Part shown: piece after piece, positions 23,225-37,007 of the stretch
Layout: the number at the start of each line of letters is the position of its first letter
Numbering within the stretch: position 1 is the first letter of the stretch
From: Bugula neritina
Taxonomy: Eukaryota > Animalia > Bryozoa
Direction of reading: 5' to 3'
DNA: 64,000 bases
NCBI GenBank assembly: GCA_964035545.1
Contig: OZ037766.1
Span: forward strand, 868,001 to 932,000
Made by a program: the position numbers and the translations under genes
The notes under the pieces: model-generated
The model's database searches: none
What the model was told of the DNA's origin: nothing
The model's input: only the letters and a program-made list of their open reading frames with translations

Positions 23225-26200
23225 GTGAGTATAGTTTTACTGTTTCATGTTGACAGAACTTCAACCCAACATCCTAGCCACTGTCCACTTGGAGAGTGGT
23301 ATTATTATAATGGTAGTATATTTTATGCTCCACAACACAAAGTATATTCATCTACATGTTTATGTAATGCTATGTTACTATAATTTGATGACTGTGTACT
23401 TTGAACATGCTGGCAAGAGCTGGTACTGTTTAGGAATTTTATTGGAATACTTTAAAACAGATGACTGGATGCCACCATGTTTTGGTGATGAATAGTTGTT
23501 GGCTTCGCTACTGAATGACTAAGTGACTGAGTGACTCACTCTACACTGACTCTCAGTGAAAGTGACTGAACTTTGACTCAATGTTATGTAGCTCAACTAC
23601 CAGTGAATTTATATGTGCAGATGCATTCAGTATGATATGATTAGCAAATTAGAGGGATGAAGTGAAATGATTGTGAATAGTTATATATTGTAGTAGGGAA
23701 TAGTTATTGAGTGATAATCACAAAGTGATAGTCAATAGTTAGTGTGCTACTAGAGTCATAGAGTGATGATAAAGCACTAACAAGGTAGCTTAGTTGTCAT
23801 ATATACCTGACTGAATGCTAGTGTGAGTTGTGTATAGAAACCTCCCACGTGATTCATTCCAGTCACATTGACCACCAGATCGAGGCTGTCCCACTGCACT
23901 AGTAGCTACTGCAGGCTACATTCGCTCTGCTGAGTGGACTTTACACCATCAACTCTTAACACTATAATACCAGTATATAGTTATTCACCTATGCTGCTGC
24001 TAGAAACTTTCACAGTCACTAAATTCCTGCTGTGTTTATCTGGTAGTTTGACCACCACTTCTGAGTCATAAGATGGGTTACCAGGTACCATCAGCTCCAG
24101 GCCCTCTGGTCTCCATGGTAACAGTCACCAAACAAATCCTCAGTTTCAATATAATAACATCATATTTTTTTCACTTTCCATTTTAAATGCTTCTGGCAAA
24201 ACTCCAATTCGTTGAACTACGCCTACATTTGAAATCCTGCCATAAGAAATGGAAAACAAGGACGATATCACTCATGCCTGGATTCTGGGGCACTAATAGC
24301 AGTAGCTGCTCAGTCTTGCAACTTTCTAGCTGGTTATCCAATCAATACGTTATCACATTGAGTATTAGTGACTGTGCACCTGTGATCATGATGCGCAATC
24401 ATTTTCTAATGTTACTTGGCAGGTAGAAAGCATTTACGTAATTCATTTATCAACTACCCAAATTTATTCTGATATGTGTTGGTAGTTTATATAAACATGC
24501 TCCTGGACTGTTAATTTATATTCAAAATACCTGGTGGTTGCCATAGGTTACTCAATTTTATTGACAAGGGAATCCGATGTTCATGCCAGTCAAGCATTGG
24601 GCCATAGTTTGGTCAGCCAGGCGTGGCGGTACTGAGAAGTTCTTGCGCGAAGCAATGTGGGCGTGACTCTGCTCAAATGCCAGCCCACACGTTTTTACAG
24701 CATTACATTATTATACTTGATTAGTATAACACGCAGGTGCAGCTGTACACATCTAAGCAACTGCTATCCGACACGCACATGTGTTCAACAGAACATTGCA
24801 AACCTCTGCGTTCCTTTCATTCTTACGTCTTCAGTTAATACCTTCAAGGCTAATACTACATACTCTCAAGTTGTGCACACGGATCTGAGTTATTGCATCC
24901 AACCCTAACTACACAGTCCTAGCCGTTTCTGATTGTTACTAGTACTATTAGTATTAGTATCACAACTAGGTAGGTAAGCTCAAGGTAAATAAGGCTGCAT
25001 ACGGACTTAACTAAACTGCTACTAGTACTAGTGATAGTATATATTTCAACTTTAAGACTATTTTTATTGTTGTACTGATACTTTTGCTGTTCTCCTACCT
25101 CTTAATGTATCTTACTCACTGACTGTGAGAAACTCACATTATACTTTGTCTTATTCCTTTTGGTGGATGCAAATTGAGATTGAGATTTTGGTTGTTGCTT
25201 AGAACTAGTGTTCAACCTCATGTCTCTTGCAGAATAAGGTTGCCCCACTTGTTTTACTTTTAAGTTAGAGTGAACTGGTATGTTATTGATTAACTGAAGT
25301 TTATCTTAATATAAGTCTTTGAATGTTATTTTATAGAATCAGAATGAGAATGGCTGAGATTAACTTTAAGATTATATTTATATGCATTATTCACTTATAT
25401 ATTTCTCACTATCGTCTGCATGCAAATGTGGCTTGCTCCGAGTTTGCCCTAAATTTGTTAAGGAATGTCCTTTCATGTGAAGGTCGTTTAGCTCAGTCCC
25501 AACTTCATTGACGGAATGATGGATTGGTTTATAATACTGAGGTCTAATGATATGCTACTATTATTCTCATCACTTTACCTACTAACTAGCTATAACTCTT
25601 AGCTCATCCTTGTTAATGTGTAGAATATAAGTATGTATATGTATATTTGATTTTATACTTATTAATTATGTTTTATATAGGATTGTTTCCAACATCATAT
25701 TCTACCAAAGTTGTTAATAATGTTATATAGTTTATTAGTGTGAAATGATATTCCAAGATTATAATGTGTTTGTTTATGGTCCCTGTTTTCTTCCCAGCTT
25801 CTCTGTCTCTGCTGCTCCTACTACTAATTTTTACCCTTAGTTTATGAATTTATTATCTACCTGGTTATAAGTAACATTATTGTATATTTTGACTGTATTC
25901 GAAGCAGTTGGAAAATTGATTGCATTTACATAAAACCAGTCCGGGAGTTACTCACTCTGATTACATACCAATACTCTCATAGCGTATAGGGTCTAGGTGT
26001 CGTCTGCTAACTAACGGCCCATAGAGATTCTAATTGGCCAGTTTAAATAGTGTGCTCTGATGCTATTGGCTAAAGTAGGTAGGGCCGTGATATCAGCTAC
26101 TTAGAGAGTCAAGTGTTTATCAAAGTGATTCAACCTTTGAATCCACTTCATTGTCTTGGCTATCACTTAACAAACTATTGTGAAATTTCTCATCAATCAG

Positions 26201-26713
26201 CTAAATAAAGCTCCTAGTATCTTCTGATTCACAACCTTGGTCTCATCATTGTTGGATGGACAGGTTTGTTTTTCCATCATGTGATGATAAGCAGTTTTAA
26301 GAAACTTGGGAAAGTGTTTACTTGAGACCTTCTAGATAGAAGTGGGCAAATTAGCCTTAGTTCCCAGAGGCGTGTTTTCAACAATGTGCGATGGTGTCAA
26401 CAGATTTGAAAAGTTGAAATGCTTTACACTCCCTCCAAGAAAAATTTATCAGAGCTGGTCATGTGTAAGGTGCACCTTGAAGGAGTAGTAGTTAATTTTT
26501 CTTGAGCAATTCTACTCACTTGAGCAATGTTTAGCTAGTTTAGCCACAAATATAATTCTTAACTCAAACATCAAGGGTGGGTACCATTTCCCTCTTCACT
26601 TGAATAGTTTCCTAAAACAATTTGAGTTGCCATAACCTTAAGTAAGTGTGAAGTTATCACCAAGGAGGGATACAACACTGCAACTTCAATTTATTAAAAC
26701 CTATCAAAATGAT

Positions 26714-26909
26714 CTTCCTGTAGTATTCTATATCTGCTATATTAGTGGTAAAGTTTACTTCCTGTAGCATTTTATATCTGCTATGTTAGTGGTAAAGTTA
26801 ACTTCCTGTAGTACTTTATATCTGCTATATTAACGGCAAAGTTAACTTCCTGTAGTATTTTATATCTGCTATGTTAGTGGTAAAGTTAACTTCCTGTAGT
26901 ACTTTATGT
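26714..26909. repeat. 44-nt tandem repeat, about 4.5 copies
   Basis: CTTCCTGTAGTATTTTATATCTGCTATGTTAGTGGTAAAGTTAA units. Confidence 0.9.
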
Positions 26910-28145
26910 CTGTTTAAAAGGGAGCGGAATTTGGTATTTAACTTGGCTAGCGATAGTTTTCAAAATACCTGTGGTTTTGTTTTATTATGTCTTTAGTCAG
27001 AACTGTGTTGGTAGTTTAATTTGTTATGATATTTTCAAGTTAGCCCAGTCAGGAGTATATAGTAAACATGTGGGGTTATTTATGTCTGTTTTAACAAGCT
27101 TTAATTACCTATAATGTACACAATTTACATTCCAAATGTAAGGTAATATATACACACACAGTGACGTAATGTAAACGCTATTTCTTTTCGATGTAATAGC
27201 GTTGTTGGTGTATAATATTATCTAACGCGACCTCCGTGTAACCTCAAAACGTACTCGTTGTTCTAACAGCTGATAGAGGCAGTGACATGGCTAATCCATT
27301 TGATAAACAGCTCCGATTTTAACTACAGTTGTTGGATGAAATCACCAGCATGTTAGTATAACCCAGTACCTATTCTGATACACGATAGGTTTATTACTAC
27401 AGGGAATTGATATGATGATGACTATGAGCTAGCATGTGAATATAATTGTTAAGGGCCTGATATCACCATTTCTTATCTCACTGTCCACTTGTTTTCTCAT
27501 TTACTTAATCACTCCATGAACTTTTGAACGCCTCCTGTTCAATTAAAAGAAATCCAATGAAAGATATAGAAATATTTACTTTGCAATGAGCCACAGCGCT
27601 TTATTGCCGACTTTAAAAACATGTTTATCAAAATATGTACACAATCTACCCACAATCCTCCGTAGCTTATCGCCTGCTGTTATTTTGAATACCTTAACCA
27701 CGTGTTAGGATTGAGCAAGCACTGACAGGGATGTGTCATTTAGCTAGTGCCTCATCTGCTAATGAGACGTGTTTTAATATTGGTACCCAGTACCTAGTAG
27801 AAGGTAGGCCGTGTTCAGGGCGTGGACACAATACTGTTATTTTCAAACTCATATTTCTTACGCTCCATTAGCTGCACGAATGTTAACCTAGGTCAAGCAT
27901 GCAATTACATAATGCTTATCATTGTACTCCATTCCATGTGTTCTTAAGCAAAACCTATTCCCTGCTACGCAGGCTGATTAAAAATCAATGATATACGTAA
28001 CTGCCTGCATTGTGATTGTTCCTACCAGTTACTCCCAGCGTTATTTTGGTATAGTTTAGCTCTCTCTATATCTCACAGTCTAACTCTCTCTTAGTCTAAC
28101 TCTTTCTCAGTACAACTCTCTCTATCGTAGTCTAACTGCCTGCAG

Positions 28146-29792
28146 GTGAAGACAACCCTGTATCAGAGTCAGTGGATATCAAAGTGAGCAACCAACCCTC
28201 CCGTATGACAGCGAGTCTGAGCATGGAATACTCCCGGCACATGGATATGGTTGCCGACAGGAAGCCGATACTGCCTCCATACTCTATGAGTGCCGGAGGA
28301 ATGCTGCCTGGTGGGTTCCAAGGTCTGCCCCACCTTCACGACCAGTCTAATCGTATGTTCCTGTCGTCATACGCTGCCGCAGCACATAGAGGTATGTATT
28401 GCTGTCTGTGTGTTTGGCTGTCTGTGTGTCTGTTAGTGTAGTGTAGGAGTAACGGTGTGACAGTCATGGTCACGAGGGAACAGTACTGTAGGTCTACAAA
28501 CAATGGACGCCATTTCCTGTCCCATCTGATGCACGTGTGAACGATATGCCACCTGCAGTTTTGTGGTAGACTGAGCATGCCCAGTGAGTCATATGCTGGG
28601 ACTGAGCATGCCCAGTGAGTCATATGCTGGGGGTGGCAGGACCAAGCTGGACGCTGTCCAGTGCGTGATTGTCCAGTCATTCTACCGCAGTGTGTGTGCC
28701 TGTAGCCAGCACATGGTGGCTGCAGTATGATCTACTTTCTGCATAATTTGTTGTATTTTGTTGACATTTACCATGAGACTAGGAATAAATTGTATTCCCT
28801 GAGAGACTGAGGTCCACATAGCTCTAGTGAGGGTGCCTCTACCTCCTCCCATACTTCTGTTTATATTTATTACATAACAGCTGGATTTGTTGTAAACAAA
28901 CTCATCAACATCAAAGTTCAAGCTGAATGGTTCCATACCCAGACTAGTGTTTATTTATATTATGTGTTATGTGTTGTGTGCAGCTACTGGATAATGGAAA
29001 TTGACAATTAATAGAGAAACTGAATTCCCTGGCCGTAGCCCCAAGCACTATGCATATTTCTACTCTGTAATAACGTAACACTTTGAATAGCAGCTTATTG
29101 ATTGGTTTGTATTCACTTCACAGACTAACTGATAGCTGTAACTCTCTCCTCCTTGTTTATCATATCAACTTACTGAATATATTATTCTTACGTGTAATTA
29201 GTCTTGTTTATTATTTATTTACTCGTTATTTGTTATTATTTTATACTCGTGGCTTATGCTAGGAATCTACATTTTATTCACACATAAAAAGGAAATTAGA
29301 GCTGATATGGTAGAGTTGTACTGTTACAGTTTGTTAATGCTGTGAGTGTTGCACGTTTTATACATTGTATAGCAATAACACAATATTACATTGTGTTATT
29401 GTCTACTCGTGGAATAATACAACTACACGCCTGAGAGATACCAACTACGTTCAAATTTCACTGAAATTCGCACGTTTCTACTGTTTCACTGCCACTGCAC
29501 TCTTCTATTTGTATTCTGTGCATTCATTTCCTAACTTATTTCCCTGCAGGTAGAAAAGTTTAGTCTGTTGTTTCTAAGTTAGTAATGTGAATACGCTGTT
29601 TCAGGAGCCCTTCCCTACGACTTTCACGGTCATATGAACCCAGGTAATCTCAACCCTGCACCAGCTAAGAGCCCCTCTCCCCCTCCCCGCGTCTACAAGC
29701 CCTGCGTGGTGTGTAATGACAAGTCCTCAGGCTATCACTATGGAGTGAGCTCCTGCGAAGGCTGCAAGGTGGGTTGGTACACAGTCTATGTT

Positions 29793-29882
<90 letters not shown>

Positions 29883-30920
29883 GACTGTAGAAGTTTACTC
29901 AAACTCTAAATCTATTGATTCTATTCCCAGTTGACAAGAACCTATGTTTTGGTGTTTCTCCAGAGTAGAAACTTATACAATATATTTCAATGACCTTAAT
30001 GGGGCAGCATTTGAGGTGACAGAGGCAGCGTGTAGTGGCAGAGGCAGCACGGGTAGAGATGGTGGGAGAATAATGTATTCAGTGTTGCTACTGCAACTTT
30101 CCACCCACCTGAGGTTTCATATCTCACTAGTCATTCCATTAATAATAACATTGCGCAACAATTAAGCCCAGCTCCACTGTACGTAGCATCTGCAGGCCTG
30201 TAACGGCTGGAAGTGGAATTAATAGCTTCTGTTCTGATTATCTGGCTGTTGGAGCCTCAGCTAACCTCTGCAGTTGTGTGCAGACTAGGAGATGGTGTTG
30301 TTAGTGTTGTTACAGTTAATCTATCAGGATTTGTGTACTGCAGTTGGTTAACTGGAGGATTATTAAGCCTCTTGTTGGTTAAAAAGTACTTTGTTAGCTT
30401 ATTTACTGCTGCATTGTTGTGTGGAGAATCTCATTGTTAATAAGCAGCCACCTAAATGGTGTCCATCTTCTCAGTACGCTCTGTATGGGAAGGTAAGGTT
30501 GTGGAACAGCCTTAAGTAAACACTAAACCATCAAACTGAGGTTTGTTTTTGTTGGGAGGGAAAATGCTGCCACTTTCCTTACTCAGCCACCGCAGCAGCT
30601 GAACAATGAAAATATGGGCCATAGAATGTAACATTTGTAAGTCAACACTTGACTGCAGCCTTTCACGGTTCAAGTACCACTCTGTATTCATAATCCAACT
30701 TCTTGTTTTTCTTCTGTTCTCCGTATATAATATAATATATTTGCTTGTTTATGATAAATTGCTAGCTGCTTGGATTCACACAACATCCTTTCATGTGACT
30801 ATGTTGTGACTACAGCTAGTACTAGTACTACTACTAGTACTACTACTACTACTACTACTACTAGTACTACTACTACTACCGCTACTACCACTACTGCTAC
30901 TACTGCTACTACCACTACTG

Positions 30921-30953
<33 letters not shown>

Positions 30954-33900
30954 TTACTACTGCTACTACTACTGCTACTACCACTACTGCTACTACCACT
31001 GCTACTACTGCTACTACTGCTACTACCACTACTGCTACTACTACTACTACTAGTACTACTACTACTACTACTAGTACTACTTGTACTACTACTAGTAATG
31101 CTACTACTACTACTACTACTAGTACTACTACTACTATTACTACCACTGCTACTACTATTACTACTACTAGTACTACTACTACTAGTACTCCTACTACTAG
31201 TGCTACTACTACTAGTAGTACTGCTACTACTGGTACTATTTTATTCCGTCCTAAAGACTGATTATGTGGCTAAACCAGACCAAACCTGGGGCTGGTTTAT
31301 TATTTTAATTACTTTATAATAGTATTACTTTTCTTAAGTGGCCTCCTTCTCAGAGCACTTATAATTCTCATTAATCTCTCTGTCTCTCTGTCTCAAGGTC
31401 ATTGTCTCACCTCTCTTTACCTAGTAACTCTCCTTGTCTCACCTAGTAACTCTCCTTGTCTCACCTAGTAACTCTCCTTGTCTCACCTAGTAACTCTCCT
31501 TGTCTCACCTAGTAACTCTCCTTGTCTCACCTAGTAACTCTCCTTGTCTCACCTAGTAACTCTCCTTGTCTCACCTAGTAACTCTCCTTGTCTCACCTAG
31601 TAACTCTCCTTGTCTCACCTAGTAACTCTCCTTGTCTCACCTGGTAACTCTCCTTGTCTCACCTGGTAACTCTCCTTGTCTCACCTAGTAACTCTCCTTG
31701 TCTCACCTAGTAACTCTCCTTGTCTCACCTAGTAACTCTCCTTGTCTCACCTAGTAACTCTCCTTGTCTCACCTAGTAACTCTCCTTGTCTCACCTAGTA
31801 ACTCTCCTTGTCTCACCTAGTAACTCTCCTTGTCTCACCTAGTAACTCTCCTTGTCTCACCTAGTAACTCTCCTTGTCTCACCTAGTAACTCTCCTTGTC
31901 TCACCTAGTAACTCTCCTTGTCTCACCTAGTAACTCTCCTTGTCTCACCTAGTAACTCTCCTTGTCTCACCTAGTAACTCTCCTTGTCTCACCTAGTAAC
32001 TCTCCTTGTCTCACCTAGTAACTCTCCTTGTCTCACCTAGTAACTCTCCTTGTCTCACCTAGTAACTCTCCTTGTCTCACCTGGTAACTCTCCTTGTCTC
32101 ACCTGGTAACTCTCCTTGTCTCACCTGGTAACTCTCCTTGTCTCACCTAGTAACTCTCCTTGTCTCACCTAGTAACTCTCCTTGTCTCACCTAGTAACTC
32201 TCCTTGTCTCACCTAGTAACTCTCCTTGTCTCACCTAGTAACTCTCCTTGTCTCACCTAGTAACTCTCCTTGTCTCACCTAGTAACTCTCCTTGTCTCAC
32301 CTAGTAACTCCTTGTCTCACTAAACTCCAGAGTAAAGGGCTGGTATGTATACCTGTCACCTACCTGCTGGTATGTATACCTGTCGCCTACCTGGTGGTAT
32401 GTATACCTGTTCAGAGTTGTGTTCTCTCTCACTGCAGGGGTTCTTCAGACGAAGTGTGAACAAGAACATGACGTACACGTGTCAGAAAGACTCCAACTGT
32501 GAGATCAACAAGGTGACGAGGAACAGGTGCCAACACTGTCGTCTCAAGAAGTGCTTCGACAAGGGCATGTCCAAAGAAGGTGCGTGTGCTTCCCCCCCCC
32601 TTCCCCCCTACAGCCTTCTTCAGACTCTCGGGCTACTGCCTGCTGAATAGAACTCTGGGTCTACAGACCAGTAAAGTGTCTCTATTACTAGACTGTTGAA
32701 TGTAGGCCAGAGTATTAGAATTGTTGTGATTTTTAATGTTCCATATTTTCACCGCACAGCAGCACCTCCATTCTCTGTCATGTGGCAGCAGCCAGCAGGC
32801 TAGATATGCTCTGCAGGTATTTCCATCCTTTGTTAGGTTTCTATTGACTCTGTATGAACACTAAAATAGACTGCACTGGCAACCTGCCAACACTCATCAA
32901 CCCGACATCCGGTTTAACAGAAAGTGTAATAATACGAGCAGCAGGGAACTGTTTGTCAAACGAAATGTCAAAGCCAAGGGGTGCTGTTTACATTTGCTGT
33001 CAGTTGAAAGGTCAACACTCGCTGGCTTGCTGACTTTACTGCTGCATGCTGACTGTTTCCAGGCTTCACATATGAATAGATTTCTTATTCAATGTCTGGA
33101 ACAGTTACTAATATCCACAGCCATAAGTTATCCACTTGAAATAATTGATACACAGTGATAGAGTTTATCTGGAGGTGTTTGCGTCTTCAATATAGACCAA
33201 CTTTATGTAGATGTTTGCCTTTCAGCTTCTCTCATCCCCTGATTAGTTATTCTCCCTCAGTGTGTTGAGTCTCTCTCTCCTGTTGTAGCCGTCAGGAATG
33301 ACAGAAAGAAGAAGCCGCCTGTCGCTGACGCTGAAAAAGAAGACAACAACAACAAGAAGGCGGAGCCAGCAACTTTCCTCACCGAGCGAGACGAACACCT
33401 CATAGGAATCATATTAGATGCGCACAGACAGACACTGCCCGGCGGACCCGTTCTGCCTAAAAAGGTAGCTGGAGATTCTAGTCTACCACAATATCCCACA
33501 ATACCCCACAATATCCCACGGGTGGTATGGGTTGGGGACAGATGTACTCTAGTGAATGTTGTAAACACATGTTTACTGGCAATTAGCAAGTGACTGCAAC
33601 TCGTGTTGTTTTTGATCTTACAGCCTGAGGGCTTTGGCTTCACTTCAGTTAACTTACAGCTTCACTTCAGCTAACTTACACATGTTTTGAAGTTGATTCA
33701 GCAATGATAACTTGTTGTGTCATCTCCAAGAAGTAAGTTGGTTAATGAGCCTTTAACTCTTCATTAGTGGCCAATAGAAAGGTTTCAGCATGAAATAACT
33801 TTAGTTACTGAATCATATTCATTAGAAATAAAAATATTGGAAAAGCAAATCCAAACAATTTGTACTGAAAGCAATATTTAGATACTGGTTTAAGAGTTTT

Positions 33901-36900
33901 TGGAATACATTGGCTATTGTTCCAGCAATGAAACTGTGAGGGTAGCTGGTATTAGATAGTGTATTTTACTCCAACATTTCAATATTCGCAGCTTTTAGTT
34001 CTTTACAACCAGACAAGTATTTCAACTAGACCACCATGTAGCAGTAGTAAGACATCTTTGCTTGTGGAGGTAGTAAAGAAGTTCAGCCCTTCATTGTTAT
34101 CTATTATTAGTCACTCTTCTAACGGAGTGAACAGTTGAATTAGTGAGTCGTGTTACCAACTTCACGGCTCATTTGAGTTGTGGAATTGCGCTTGGGGACA
34201 TTTTAGTGCAGAGTTAAATTTCCTCATGTTACTCGTGGCCCAGAAATTGTTTGCATCTGAGATGGGAGGAGCTTAAACTCCCTCTTCAAATATCCTTGTC
34301 AGAGTGTGGGGATAATTCTATAAGCAGCTCTAAGTTGGGGGTGACTGAGTGCAGTAGTTTGGGGGTTCCAATCAAACATTGTATGTATTTTACCTTTCTG
34401 TTATTTTGTACCCGGCTCTACCTCTCTCTAGTTGTGTATCTCATGTGTATCGTGTATAACTATCCTCTCTCATGTGTCGCAGGTGAACGACTGCCCTAGT
34501 CGCAGCCCCTCCGTGTCATCCCCAGTGCCAAGCACCTGCTCAAACATGACAGGCGAGTCATCTGACAGACCGAGTCCCGACACAACCACTCTGGACAGTA
34601 TGGGGGGTCTGCATAGCCCCTCGACCCCCGGCAGCAACTATGGGTCACCATCTCGGCGGCCTGGCTGGGACAACGTGGATGAACTCAACTCGGAGGGGAT
34701 AGTCAAGGTGGTGGAGTTTGCCAAGAAGATACCACGATTTCTAGAGCTCAGTGTAACTGATCAGATAACTCTGCTGAAGGCAGCGTGTCTAGAGGTCTTG
34801 GTAGGTAGATCTTGTTATCTCTCCTCGTGTCACTGAATACTGTGGGTGTGGCTTTAGACCAGGACTAGTTTCCTGTCCGCTCCAGTGTCCACTGAGCTGA
34901 TTGGTTACTTGTTGAATGAAGATGTCTAGTCATTCTATTTTCATAGGATTTGTACATTGATTATTTCCTGTATTCAGCTCATTCAATACGACTCAAAATT
35001 ACTTCATTTTTCTCATGAAATTGCAGATTCTACGGTTGAGTATGAGATACAAAGCTGCCGAAGATATGCTCACCTTCTCCAATGGTGTCAGCATTTCTCA
35101 GGTGGAGATGGAGAAGGGAGGGTTCGGGGCTCTGGCGCAGACCATATTCAAGTTCTCCGCCGCTCTTTCTCAGATGAACCTTGATGAGAAGGAGTTTGCG
35201 TTACTCTCGTCCATCTGTCTGCTTTCTAGCGGTGAGTATGTCTGCTATACAGTCAGTATACTTCTGCTATACAGTTAGTATACAACTGCTATACAGTTAC
35301 TATACGTCTGCTATACAGTAAGTATACGTCTGCTATACAGTTAGTATACGTCTGCTATACAGTTAGTATACGTCTGCTATACAGTCAGTATACTTCTGCT
35401 ATACAGTTAGCATACGTCTGCTATACGGTTAGTATACGTCTGCTATACGGTTAGTATACGTCTGCTATACGGTCAGTATACGTCTGCTATACAGTTACTA
35501 TACGTCTGCTATACAGTCAGTATACGTCTGCTATACAGTTACTATACGTCTGCTATACAGTCAGTATACGTCTGCTATACAGTTAGCATACGTCTGCTAT
35601 ACGGTTAGTATACGTCTGCTATACGGTTAGTATACGTCTGCTATACGGTTAGTATACGTCTGCTATACGGTTAGTATACTTCTGCTATACAGTTAGTATA
35701 CTTCTGCTATACAGTTAGTAGACGTCTGCTATACGGTCAGTATACGTCTGCTATACGGTTAGTATACGTCTGCTATACAGTTAGTATACGTCTGCTATAC
35801 AGTTAGTATACGTCTGCTATACAGTTAGTATACGTCTGCTATACAGTTAGTATACGTCTGCTATACAGTTAGTATACGTCTGCTATACAGTTAGTATACG
35901 TCTGCTATACAGTCAGTATACGTCTGCTATACAGTCACTATACGTCTGCTATACAGTCAGTATACGTCTGCTATACACGTCTGCACATCAAACACATTCT
36001 CTAAAGCCATACATCAAATAGCTGATTGTTAAGCTGATGTGCAATGTTTAAGTTGCCAATGAAGTCTCACTTGATATTGACACGTGTCATACTGTAGCCC
36101 AACTCCCTCACCCACCTTGTTCTAGACAGCTGTGTGTGAGAGTGAAATTCTAGTATGCTATATGAGTGAAGGTTGGTGGAGTTGCCAGGTTTAGACGCTG
36201 TGACTGGAACTGTAGCTGTGATTGTAGACCGATCTGGGTTAGAGAGTAGCGTGAACGTGGAGAGAGTGCAAGAGCCGTACCTGGTGGCGTTGCAGCACTA
36301 CACCCGACACCGCCACCCTAACAAACCGCACCTCTTTGCTAAGTTACTCATGAAACTGACAGACCTACGGAGTATCAGTATTAAAGGTGAGTGTTGCAGG
36401 TTATCTCCCCTTCATGTGTGCTTTATTGTCAGAGGTTAGGTTCTCCACTCTAGGTAGATGGCGTTATGAGTGTCTTAGACACAAATAGGATTATTTTAGT
36501 GTTTTGGAGTTTTTGCAAGGATTTCCTCCTTGTATAAATGAACTGGCAAATTTTGAGGACATTTCTATTGCACTAAGCTATGTGATGACAAGTTTTCATG
36601 GATGATTGTCAGATAATGATGGCCGTGCATACTTCACTGGCTGGCACATGCTTTAACAACTGCAATTATTAATCCTTGTATGTCATTTTTTGTGTTTTTC
36701 ATACCTTAAAGCATACAATCCTCTCTTGATAATTGAAAGATTATTCCTTTTGTTATTGCAATAGTGTTGTCATTTGTTTTGTAATGCAGATCAGGGTTTA
36801 TCCAGAAATTTTGTCTGTGCCTTCGTAAAACATAAATATACCTGGATTGCAAAGTTGTCTTCCCCATGTATCAGATCTGCTGTATGTCGCGTGATGTTTA

Positions 36901-37007
36901 TTCCAGGAGCGGATAAAGTGTTGCATTTAAGGGAGGAGTCTGCTGACAACATCCCCCCTCTCGTCAAAGAGATGTTCGACAGAACAGAGAATGTTTGTAT
37001 CCTGTAA
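28146..37007 (+). CDS. RAR: Retinoic acid receptor (NR1B)
   Basis: Exons 28146-28391, 29605-29768, 32438-32579, 33289-33464, 34483-34800, 35027-35231, 36228-36386, 36907-37007. [38 protein letters not shown] (P-box CEGCKG), [22 protein letters not shown]-box, [47 protein letters not shown]-2 PPLVKEMF. Confidence 0.96.
29795..29879. repeat. (TC)n microsatellite
   Basis: About 42 uninterrupted dinucleotide units, 26 nt after the RAR zinc-finger-1 exon. Confidence 0.98.
30815..31237. repeat. (ACT)n imperfect trinucleotide microsatellite
   Basis: ACT/GCT/AGT/ACC runs in a RAR intron. Confidence 0.97.
31420..32320. repeat. 22-nt minisatellite, about 41 copies
   Basis: CCTAGTAACTCTCCTTGTCTCA, near-perfect, with an occasional A>G variant. 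Confidence 0.98.
35232..35976. repeat. 22-nt minisatellite, about 33 copies, starting at the splice donor
   Basis: GTTAGTATACGTCTGCTATACA units. Confidence 0.97.

Noticed and set aside
30770-31319. Poly-Thr, poly-Val and poly-Leu ORFs (mucin- or membrane-like)
   Set aside because: Translations of an (ACT)n microsatellite inside a RAR intron; no splice or phase support
31420-32320. CRISPR-like regular array
   Set aside because: Head-to-tail identical units with no unique spacers, no cas genes, eukaryotic intron
36993-37007. Possible CaaX prenylation motif at the RAR C-terminus (VCIL)
   Set aside because: Cys is third, not fourth, from the end
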